Positions 37,929 through 45,557 of a DNA stretch of 50,485 nt are shown here, one piece after another. The position numbers and the translations under genes were made by a program. Below the pieces are notes generated by a model. It was not told where the DNA came from. It saw only the letters and a list, made by a program, of their open reading frames with translations, and ran no database searches. Positions within the stretch are counted from its first letter, which is position 1. Every line of letters starts with the position of its first letter. This stretch comes from a virus (lineage: Duplodnaviria; Caudoviricetes): IMG/VR virus record IMGVR_UViG_3300037467_001076, positions 1 through 50,485 of that record; one strand, written 5' to 3'.

Positions 37929-37976
37929 GACGAGAAAAGCGCCTCCCGCGAAGGGAAGCGCCTACTCGTCGTTTTG
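37929..37976. terminator. Bidirectional terminator
   Basis: CGACGAG..GCGCCTCCC-GCGAA-GGGAAGCGC..CTCGTCG-TTTT. Confidence 0.6.
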
Positions 37977-38013
37977 CTCGTTTCACAGGCGCACTCACGC
38001 CCATCGGCGAGCT

Positions 38014-38200
38014 GTATCGTCATCGTCGGCAGGTGACAATCTGCATTTCCAATCGCTAGGCCACGTGTGACACGCGCTTTCGCGTGGTGACGGATGCCTG
38101 TTCCGTCCTCGACGATGATCGGTTATTGCGTCTCCGACCGATTGTTAGCGTTGCGCAGTCGTTCGGTGGCGACAGCATAACCGTCGTATCGGTTCAGGTG
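38014..38200 (-). ncRNA. Candidate multibranched structured RNA
   Basis: 9-bp stem 38020-28/38110-18 encloses three hairpins, one with a GAAA tetraloop on the minus strand; no convincing ORF. Confidence 0.3.
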
Positions 38201-38233
38201 CGTGCTAAACGCGGCGAACCGCGCCACGCGACG

Positions 38234-38584
38234 TTACTTCGTAAAGCCGATCGTCTTCTCGCTCTCCGTCTCGTCCTCCGCGCCTACAGGCGAGATAGCG
38301 AGGTTGACCGCCTGTTCGCTAAAGTCGATCGACGACTTCTTCGACAGACCGCTCACAGCGCGGTACAGACCCGCCGTAGTCGCGCCGGCGATCACACCCG
38401 CCTGAAGCGCAGCCTGGACGCTTCCGCCGAAAATGAGCGCGTTGGCGACGTTGAGCGCACCAGCGATAACGATCGTCAGAAGGGCGTTCAAGTCGCTCGT
38501 GAACAGCGACGGTAACTTTCGCTTGCCGTACTCAACGAGTCCAACCGTCAGAATCATGATGACCTCGATACTAAGCGTCTCCAT
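38234..38584 (-). CDS. Holin-like membrane protein
   Basis: I..LTVGLVE..K and G.IAG....GLY; 2-3 TM segments. Confidence 0.65.
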   Translation of the reverse strand: METLSIEVIMILTVGLVEYGKRKLPSLFTSDLNALLTIVIAGALNVANALIFGGSVQAALQAGVIAGATTAGLYRAVSGLSKKSSIDFSEQAVNLAISPVGAEDETESEKTIGFTK

Positions 38585-38825
38585 CGTCGAAGAACACCTC
38601 CGTTAATGCGCCCCGAACGTCTTCGGGCGAGAAACAGGCGCGTCCGGCCGATTCAAGCGTCTCGACGATGCGCTCGATCAGTTCATTGATGTCAGCGGTA
38701 GATCCGCCGAAGACGCGAATGCGAGGTCCGTCGATTTCGTCAGTCGTCATCGGATCAGGCGCTTCGTCTTCGACGACCGCTTTCAGGTCGAGGAGAGCGA
38801 GAGTGTCGTCGTCATCGAAGGTCAC
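38571..38825 (-). CDS. Hypothetical acidic protein
   Basis: SD AAGGGGAG + GTG38825. Confidence 0.55.
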   Translation of the reverse strand: MTFDDDDTLALLDLKAVVEDEAPDPMTTDEIDGPRIRVFGGSTADINELIERIVETLESAGRACFSPEDVRGALTEVFFDDGDA

Positions 38826-39748
38826 GCGCTCATCTCCCCTTTCGATTCGGCGTGGACTGCGTAGATCTCTTCGCTTAACATCGCAAAGAACGGAGGAGGG
38901 CACGCGTTGCCGATTTGCATCGCCTGCTCGACGACCTTACCGTAGAAGGCGTAGTCCTTCGGGAAGCCTTGGAACGTCGCCCAGTGTTCAGGCTTACCTG
39001 CGACTTCCTCGCCAGGACGACCGAGCTTCGGACGACCTCCGCTGCGAGCGTCGACTGTCGGCGCAGGCCGCTTAGAGAGGTCGAAGACACGAGGCTTTCC
39101 GTCACGGCTCGGCTTGTTGTACGTATCGTCGACCCACAGGAACGGCTCGCTGTCATCGACGCCAAGCGCCTGAGCGCCTGTGATCCAAGCCGATTTATCG
39201 TGAGTAGGCGCAGGGAGTTGAAGTTTTCCGTCCATATCGCCTACTAAGATCACTCTCTCTCTCGTCTGTGAGACGCCGTAGTCGGCCATATTAACGACCC
39301 GCCAACCTAGCGTATAACCGAGTCCACTAAGTGCCGAACGCCAATCCTTAAATGCATCAGCATACTGGCGGAAGGACAACCCCTTAACGTTCTCCATATC
39401 AATCGTGCGTGGAAGTGTCCCTTCGATCATGGCTTCACGGAGAAGGCGATACGGTTCCCACATCAAGCCGCCCCGCTCGCTTTCCCAACCGCCTCGTAAA
39501 CCGAGGGGCGAGAACTCCTGACAAGGCGGCGAGAAGTGCAAGTGGTCGATGGGTCCGAATCGCTCGATCAGCATTCGCCACGACACTTTGCGAATGTCCT
39601 CGACGATGACGTGATCGCCGTGGTTTCGCCGATATGACTCGGCGGCAATCGGATTCCACTCGACGGCGCCGACCGGCTTGAGCCGTCGCTTCAGTCCCGC
39701 CGTGGCACCGCCTGCTCCCGCGAACAGATCAACGAAGCGAACTTCCAT
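38822..39748 (-). CDS. C5 cytosine DNA methyltransferase (orphan)
   Basis: DLFAGAGG, SPPCQEFS, MENVKG, Q.RERV, QGFP, QIGNACP. Confidence 0.93.
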   Translation of the reverse strand: MEVRFVDLFAGAGGATAGLKRRLKPVGAVEWNPIAAESYRRNHGDHVIVEDIRKVSWRMLIERFGPIDHLHFSPPCQEFSPLGLRGGWESERGGLMWEPYRLLREAMIEGTLPRTIDMENVKGLSFRQYADAFKDWRSALSGLGYTLGWRVVNMADYGVSQTRERVILVGDMDGKLQLPAPTHDKSAWITGAQALGVDDSEPFLWVDDTYNKPSRDGKPRVFDLSKRPAPTVDARSGGRPKLGRPGEEVAGKPEHWATFQGFPKDYAFYGKVVEQAMQIGNACPPPFFAMLSEEIYAVHAESKGEMSA

Positions 39749-40031
39749 CTGCGCCCTCCTCGCCAGGTGCGTCGTCGTACTCGATTGTCACGACCGCACG
39801 AGGGACAACAACCGCACATCTAACGGTGTCCTTCTGGTTCGGGTAATCCTCGCCGTCCCATTTCCGCCCGAATGCGCTTGCAATCCACACGCTTCGAGTA
39901 CGATAGAACGCGCCGGAATGCTCAAATACGAAGATGTCGTCCCACGCCCAATACTCGCTACTGTTCTCGATCTGTGCGATCCGCTTCGCACTCTCGACGA
40001 CGTGCTTCGGTAAGTCAACGATTCTCGCCAC
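39729..40031 (-). CDS. Hypothetical protein
   Basis: SD GGGAGG + GTG. Confidence 0.6.
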   Translation of the reverse strand: MARIVDLPKHVVESAKRIAQIENSSEYWAWDDIFVFEHSGAFYRTRSVWIASAFGRKWDGEDYPNQKDTVRCAVVVPRAVVTIEYDDAPGEEGADGSSLR

Positions 40032-40282
40032 TATTGCGCCTCCCTGTTCAAAAGGCGCATGTCTTCAACGGATATACCGACGCCTGCCAACAGGTCAGAG
40101 CCGAAACCAGACGAGTCGGGCGCGTAACCGTACTTCACGATTCGCATGAGCATCGGATAGGATGACGCTGGAAACCACTTGTAACCTGTGAAGCGGTCCT
40201 TCGCTTCCATCGATCGCTTAAACTGCTCGAACTGGCTCGCCGTCTCGATTACATACGTTTGGGCATCGACCATCTTCGCCAC
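40031..40282 (-). CDS. Hypothetical protein
   Basis: SD GAGGAGG + GTG40282; SD covered by hairpin 40284-40297/40345-40357. Confidence 0.55.
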   Translation of the reverse strand: MAKMVDAQTYVIETASQFEQFKRSMEAKDRFTGYKWFPASSYPMLMRIVKYGYAPDSSGFGSDLLAGVGISVEDMRLLNREAQ

Positions 40283-40413
40283 TATCGCGCCTCCTCGCTT
40301 CAAATCGACTAGGCGCACTACGCGCCCGTTCAAAGCGATGTAGTCGAGGAGAGCGATGTCTGCGTCTCAAACGAAAAAAGCGCCGCCTCGAAGGACGACG
40401 CTTCACCTCGCTT

Positions 40414-40857
40414 CTATCGCACGCTCTCGACGAGCCGATCAACCTCGCTGCAATCTCGCCCCGCACGCTCCCCAACGCTCGAATAACATTCGGCGAATAG
40501 GTCGGCCAGGCGTTCGTCTTGCGACCAGCGATATTCAGCGGCGAGCGCGTGGTACGATTCGTGGACGCTCAACCGCCTGATCGTCGGTTCGTACCACCAT
40601 CGCCATTCCTCGACGACGATCACCGTCTTGACCGGCGTGGGCGTAATGATCGTGATCGCGTCCCTCTCGCGTGTATCGAACGAGGCGACCGACATCGTTG
40701 GAAGCGTGATGATCGCATCGATGCGACTCAGCTCGTCCAAGACGACGTTCATCATCGCCTCGCGTCCCTGACGTACGATTGTCGAGGTAGCGTTCGCCAT
40801 CGGCGCGATCGTCGCCAGAGCGAGTAGAGCGGTAAGAAAAGCGATGCGTCGAAACAT
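40414..40857 (-). CDS. Secreted HExxH zinc metallopeptidase-like protein (ImmA/IrrE-like signature)
   Basis: SD GGAGGTG; signal peptide MFRRIAFLTALLALATIAPMANA; VHESYH...DERLADLFA. Confidence 0.65.
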   Translation of the reverse strand: MFRRIAFLTALLALATIAPMANATSTIVRQGREAMMNVVLDELSRIDAIITLPTMSVASFDTRERDAITIITPTPVKTVIVVEEWRWWYEPTIRRLSVHESYHALAAEYRWSQDERLADLFAECYSSVGERAGRDCSEVDRLVESVR

Positions 40858-40966
40858 ACGAACACCTCCGCGATGATGTAGCCGATGTAAGTCGCTTTCA
40901 CGCTGCAACGCGAAAAGGGCCGACGCTTTCACGCCGACCCCTCTCGCCTATGTCGTTGTTATGACG

Positions 40967-41335
40967 CTACTTCAGCGCCACGCCGTAACTCGTTCGACCG
41001 CCCCCGCCGACCATCGAACACGACGAACTCGACGTGCGCTTGACCGTATTCGGGAACATCACGCCGACCGCGAACTCGATCGTCTTCTCGCGTACAGGGG
41101 CGATTGATTCGGCCAGCGTGCACGTCGCCGACCGCGCCTTCGCCGCACAGTTCGCTCCGTCGTACAAACACGACCCGACGACTCCTGCCGCCACACCGCA
41201 GATCAGAACGCCTTCAGCGGTCGTGCAGACGCTCAGGCTCGATTTCGGACGAGCGCTGCGCTGTCCAGCCGACGCAGGCGAAACGATGAGAACGACGAGC
41301 AGGATCGACACGACGAGACTTAACGCCTTTCGCAT
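40967..41335 (-). CDS. Secreted six-Cys protein with hydrophobic GxxxG segment
   Basis: SD AAGGAGG; signal peptide ending PASA; six Cys; GVAAGVVG. Confidence 0.65.
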   Translation of the reverse strand: MRKALSLVVSILLVVLIVSPASAGQRSARPKSSLSVCTTAEGVLICGVAAGVVGSCLYDGANCAAKARSATCTLAESIAPVREKTIEFAVGVMFPNTVKRTSSSSCSMVGGGGRTSYGVALK

Positions 41336-41348
41336 GTCAAACGCCTCC

Positions 41349-41429
41349 TTATCGTAAATACGACCAGTACAGCAGGACGCCGATCACGATGCCGATCGGA
41401 AAGAGAACGAGACGTAAATCGACTCTCAA
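41349..41429 (-). CDS. 26-aa single-TM peptide (MRVDLRLVLFPIGIVIGVLLYWSYLR)
   Basis: SD GAGGTG + TTG; its stop overlaps the SD of the next gene. Confidence 0.5.
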   Translation of the reverse strand: MRVDLRLVLFPIGIVIGVLLYWSYLR

Positions 41430-41512
41430 CGACACCACCTCGCTATGTTGTCGTATCAATCGCTTCCGCCCGTTTAGTCGAGTTGGGAATCGTTGGAAGC
41501 GACTGTATCGAC

Positions 41513-41542
41513 ATCATAGCACGCGATGGAAATGATTGTCAA
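41513..41542 (-). promoter_or_regulatory. sigmaA-type promoter (extended -10)
   Basis: TTGACA-N18-TATGAT with TG at the extended -10 position. Confidence 0.6.
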
Positions 41543-42475
41543 CGCCTTATGCGAAGGTGATGCGAGAACTATCGTATAGTGAGCGAGAAGGGCGATTTCC
41601 AACGATTGGAAGACGATGTAGAACGCAACGCCGCGAAATTTTTCGGGCGACGTGGCATGTCGATTGAGTCGAATGACAGGCGAGGGTGGCTCGTACTCGC
41701 TTCGCTCGCACGATCGCACAGGCTCGTCTCTTCGAGACTCGGTGTACCGCTCGGTCCTTCGGACCTCCGCGTGGCACGTCCAACATCGATAGCCATCGAT
41801 CAGAATCGCGTCCGAACGATTAGGCGTGAGATATCGACAGCGTTCGTGATTGGCAGCGAGGTAATCGACTTCCATCGATTGACAGCGTGAAGTATCGTCG
41901 AAAACGCGGAAATGCGTCGACAAGTTGGCGTATCGTCTAGGCGCTTGTGGGTCGCTCTTGCTCGTCGGTGGCACGTCTCCATGCGCCTTAGACGCCTCAA
42001 ACGACGCTATATCGCCATTCTCGCCAATCGCTACAAACCGCCATGCCACGCCATTCATACGATGATGCTTGCAAAACCGCATGAATACGAGGTTTGAGCG
42101 ATGCGATATCGTGGTATGAGCGTATGAGGCGAAAGTTTTTCGATAAGAGACGTCTTGCCGCGCAACTTAGCGCGACGCGTTATCGATGCCATACGACGTA
42201 TCTCGATGCAGTCTCGCCTACATGCGCATATCCTCGTATCAGCTCGCCTGGTAGCGTCCGTCAACGTGGCCGAACGACGTCCATAGGACCACGCCGGCAG
42301 CGACGACGGAACGACCAAAGCGCATGGCGCCTATTTCGTACCAATCGAAAATAAAACGTGGGTATCGTAGGGGCGGGGGTAGCACGTCGGAGAAACGACG
42401 AAGGCGCCTCCCGCGAAGAGAAGCGCCCCAGGTCGTATAGATGCGATCGGCGATCGCTGGAGGCGACTTAATGCG

Positions 42476-42517
42476 CCTCTCACTATATAGGGGACAAAAT
42501 CGACCAAAACGCGACAA
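42476..42517 (-). promoter_or_regulatory. Putative phage-specific promoter
   Basis: TTGTCGCG-N17-CCCTATATAGTGAGAGG; near-repeat at 43805-43846. Confidence 0.55.
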
Positions 42518-42553
42518 CTCCAAACGCTTTTTTCAAATATTTCTCGCCTGGTC

Positions 42554-42847
42554 CTAACTCTTCGCCTTAGAGTGCCGGTCGGATCTCGTTCCCTGGCGCA
42601 TGAGCTGCGCATCTGTGTAGATGGGCGGTCGATCGTTGGATCTGCGCCTCTTCGTCTGATCGCTCAAATCGTCGTGTAAGATCACGTTCGCCAATCGCTC
42701 TAAGAGCGCGGGGGAAGGCGTTTCTCCTCGCGCCTGTACGTATCGCTCAATCAAATCGTTCGTCGCCTTCTTGCGTCTCTCAACGTTCATTCCCTTCGCT
42801 TTAGATTCAAGTTCTGCGACTTCCTTCGTAAACTGTTCGTTGGTCAC
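42554..42847 (-). CDS. Hypothetical phage protein (LERLANVIL..DL.D)
   Basis: SD AAGGGG + GTG; promoter motif at 42933-42963. Confidence 0.7.
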   Translation of the reverse strand: MTNEQFTKEVAELESKAKGMNVERRKKATNDLIERYVQARGETPSPALLERLANVILHDDLSDQTKRRRSNDRPPIYTDAQLMRQGTRSDRHSKAKS

Positions 42848-43148
42848 GACTACACACGCGCCCCTTAGCGTTTAGTACGTCGGCCACAACAGACAAGGTC
42901 TGACGCGGGCCGGCGTCGCTGCGCTATACTCGTATGTAGTCGCAATATAAGCGTCAGGTGTCGCCAACGAACGAAAAAAGCGCTTGCCCCTATTGGATCT
43001 TCTTTTCTTTCTTCTTCCGCCCCTATGCCCTATGTTTCATAGATCGAATGAAATGTGTGATAGACTATCATTTATCATCTACGAACGATAGTGAGTAGAT
43101 GATAAATCTGTCTTTGTCTCGATATGCGCTAAAGCGTCTCGTATATTA

Positions 43149-43252
43149 TGGATATCGTTATATGGATATCGTTTATTGGATCTAGTTAGTCGTAAGAATC
43201 CTTACGTATCCACCGAAAGAATCCTTACGGGTGTAGCGTAAGAATCCTTACG
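43149..43252. repeat. Iteron-like repeats, putative replication origin
   Basis: CG(T/A)AAGAATCCTTACG at 43191, 43214 and 43237 (23-bp period); TGGAT(ATC/CTA)GTT at 43149, 43163 and 43177 (14-bp period); AT-rich flank. Confidence 0.7.
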
Positions 43253-43676
43253 TTGGTTCGCCTTCTCGCTTCCTCCTCACCCGTCTCGCCTTCTCGATGT
43301 TCGCAGGATCAACGTTGCGAACGACCGGCGTCGTATCAGGGTCGATTCTCTTCGGTTCGGCGCCGAATATCGTGACCTGGCACCAATCGGCGATTCGATA
43401 GACGTTGTTGCCGTACGAACCGTTGTTGCGCCTCTCGACGGTTACGATCGGTCTGCCGTTCCATCGAAACTCGCGCATCTTGCGTAGATAGGCGTTTAGA
43501 GTCGGTTCACTCACGCCCAATTGATCGGCTAACTGCTTCTTTGTCGGCCAGCATACGCCTTCCTTGTTCATGTACGACGCCAGAACGAGTAAAAGCGCGA
43601 TACAGTCCGGTCCCAATCTCGCCCCTAATCCCGATCGCCAAAACGATACATAGACCTTTGCGAACACTCCCGACAT
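43248..43676 (-). CDS. HTH-type phage replication initiator
   Basis: LL.LASYMN..G.CWPT..QLA..LGVS..T....L...N.Y; iterons at the 3' end. Confidence 0.75.
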   Translation of the reverse strand: MSGVFAKVYVSFWRSGLGARLGPDCIALLLVLASYMNKEGVCWPTKKQLADQLGVSEPTLNAYLRKMREFRWNGRPIVTVERRNNGSYGNNVYRIADWCQVTIFGAEPKRIDPDTTPVVRNVDPANIEKARRVRRKREGEPT

Positions 43677-43804
43677 TCTGCGATCCCCTTTCGCCAACTA
43701 TCCCCATACGTGATTAAATCGACAGGGAAGCGATTGGGGTTGTCGCTTGTCGGCCCGCGAAGCCTATCCCTGCCGATGCCTATTGGTGGATTTCGCTAAA
43801 AGAT

Positions 43805-43846
43805 CCTCTCATATATAGGGCATCTAAAACGCCCTTTTCGCGACAA
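43805..43846 (-). promoter_or_regulatory. Putative phage-specific promoter
   Basis: TTGTCGCG-N18-CCCTATATATGAGAGG. Confidence 0.55.
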
Positions 43847-43913
43847 GGTTAAGTGAAGTCGAAACTAACGTTATCTATCGATCGATACGTTTTGATAGAT
43901 AACGCCTATAACG

Positions 43914-44031
43914 CAAAATAGACGCCTCCCCACGATCGCAGACGACTAAGCGCCTGCCATACGTCGCCCCAAAGGGGCAGGCGTGGCCGGTCGCTTTGTG
44001 TGTCGATGCGTTACGTTGAGGGGCGTCTATA
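43914..44031 (-). ncRNA. Candidate ~115-nt sRNA
   Basis: Begins just after promoter motif 44036-44066; the ends pair (ATAGACGCC/GGCGTCTAT) and are followed by TTTT; internal hairpins. Confidence 0.4.
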
Positions 44032-44331
44032 CCGCTATGTAGTCGCTACCTGGTCGATCTGTGCCGACATTCGAACGTCGTGCCGCCTCAACGAAAAAGC
44101 GCCGTAGCGACTCACCTTCGCTTACGACGCCTGCACTCGTATTCCTTCGTATGAGGCGCTAGGAGAGGCGTTTTCCATCGACCCTATACGTGGGTATCCC
44201 CTTTCGGCTGTAGGCGATTGTGGCAATTCTTACGCCTGTAGTCGGGTATATCGATTGGCTCTACAGGCGGGTTTGCGGGTTGGCGATTATTGACAAATAA
44301 TGTGGTTTGGCGATCCTGGTCGATGAGATAA

Positions 44332-44368
44332 CGAAAATGACGCCTCCAGCGATTGGAGGCGTCTTATC
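44332..44368 (-). terminator. Intrinsic terminator
   Basis: GACGCCTCCA-GCGAT-TGGAGGCGTC with a T-tract on the minus strand. Confidence 0.6.
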
Positions 44369-44373
44369 TTCGC

Positions 44374-44574
44374 TTACTTATCGACCACTTCGGCCTTGCC
44401 GACGATGTTCCCGTTAATGTCACGCAGGGTCAGCGAACCGAAGACCGTTACGACTGCCATTCCTCGCCCTTCGACCTTGTCGGCCAACTCGCTCAGAATG
44501 CGAGCAATCTCGTTTTCGGGCGCATCCTCGAACGCTGCGTTGTCTGTCTCGATCGATACAACGAATTTCGCCAT
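44374..44574 (-). CDS. Hypothetical phage protein (TDNAAF...EIARIL...LRDINGN.VG)
   Basis: SD GAGGAG; motif recurrent in small phage proteins. Confidence 0.75.
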   Translation of the reverse strand: MAKFVVSIETDNAAFEDAPENEIARILSELADKVEGRGMAVVTVFGSLTLRDINGNIVGKAEVVDK

Positions 44575-44592
44575 CTTCGCTTCTCCTCTCGC

Positions 44593-44769
44593 CTAGCACG
44601 TCACGTACGATAGACCGACACCACGCGTGTACGAGTAGGCGATAACCGGACGACCCTTGCCGTTGTAGACCGTCGCCCCGCCATTCTCGTATGCCAACGC
44701 CTGGGCCGTCTCCATCGCCTGCCGCTTCGTCTTCGCCTTGATCGTCTTGCCGCTGCTGTAGACCGTCAT
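44593..44769 (-). CDS. Small hypothetical protein (58 aa)
   Basis: SD AAGGAGG; ATGA overlap; below the ORF-track cutoff. Confidence 0.6.
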   Translation of the reverse strand: MTVYSSGKTIKAKTKRQAMETAQALAYENGGATVYNGKGRPVIAYSYTRGVGLSYVTC

Positions 44770-45014
44770 GCGCTTAACGCCTCCTTGTCGTTTGTGCCGT
44801 TGCTTAACGTCTTAACCGTCTCAAGCGCCTCGATCGCCTCTGCCGCATCCCACGCCAACACGCATACCGAAACGCTGCCGTCGCCTTCACGAACCAGGAT
44901 CGATGCCACGCCTTGAGCGTCTAGGAGTCGCTTGTCTGCGATCGCTTCACGCGGCTGGACGTGATTGGCGATCGTGGCGAGAAGGGTCGAAAGCATCGAT
45001 GGATCACGCTTCAT
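44766..45014 (-). CDS. Hypothetical protein
   Basis: SD AAGGTG; fits the operon. Confidence 0.55.
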   Translation of the reverse strand: MKRDPSMLSTLLATIANHVQPREAIADKRLLDAQGVASILVREGDGSVSVCVLAWDAAEAIEALETVKTLSNGTNDKEALSA

Positions 45015-45019
45015 ACACC

Positions 45020-45172
45020 TTACGCCCCCTTCGTCGCCTGTGCGATGATCTCCGCGATCTCATCACTCTCACGCCGTAGGCGCTTGACCTCGTTCTCATC
45101 GACCTTCAGCGTACCGTCAACGCCAAACCATGCGCGGGAGTCGATGCGATCGCCTAGCGGATCTCGTAGCAT
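45020..45172 (-). CDS. Small hypothetical protein (50 aa)
   Basis: SD AAAGGGG; downstream of promoter 45218-45246. Confidence 0.55.
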   Translation of the reverse strand: MLRDPLGDRIDSRAWFGVDGTLKVDENEVKRLRRESDEIAEIIAQATKGA

Positions 45173-45217
45173 GTTCGTCGCCCCTTTCGTCTCACATCGT
45201 TCGTCTTTCCATCTCCT

Positions 45218-45246
45218 ACGTTATCACCGTATACGACGATAGTCAA
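45218..45246 (-). promoter_or_regulatory. sigmaA promoter with shared ACGGTGA spacer motif
   Basis: TTGACT ATCGTCGTATACGGTGA TAACGT. Confidence 0.6.
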
Positions 45247-45323
45247 GCGGGATTTTACGATTTTTTCGATGGAACGTGAGAGAGGCGCCAACCTGCGATG
45301 GGGAGGCGCCTCTTGTGCGTGGT

Positions 45324-45557
45324 CTAGTCGTTCTGGCCGTAGAAGGAAACAACTTCGCCAGTGTTGGAATCGTGGTGGCTAATGATGTCGAATCCATTCG
45401 TCTCAAAGTCGCGTGTATGCGACTCTAGCAGGATCGCCGCGTACTCGTTACCCCTCCCAGTGTAGCGATCTCGCTTATAGTACCGTGCGAGAAACTCTTC
45501 GACGGTAGCGACGTCTGTGACGCGATACTTTTTGAACGACTCGAATGCCGAATACAT
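45324..45557 (-). CDS. Hypothetical protein
   Basis: SD GAGGAGG + ATG45557. Confidence 0.65.
   Translation of the reverse strand: MYSAFESFKKYRVTDVATVEEFLARYYKRDRYTGRGNEYAAILLESHTRDFETNGFDIISHHDSNTGEVVSFYGQND

Noticed and set aside
38822-39748. Complete restriction-modification system
   Set aside because: No adjacent restriction endonuclease; an orphan phage methyltransferase is ordinary, and its specificity cannot be read from the sequence.
41560-42390. ORFs 41474-42082, 41579-41890 and 42094-42354 as genes
   Set aside because: No good SDs, atypical composition and no motifs; left as an unexplained, probably non-coding region.
44286-44320. Promoter at TTGACA 44291
   Set aside because: No -10 element at 16-18 nt spacing; only an ATTATT/AATAAT palindrome of unknown meaning.
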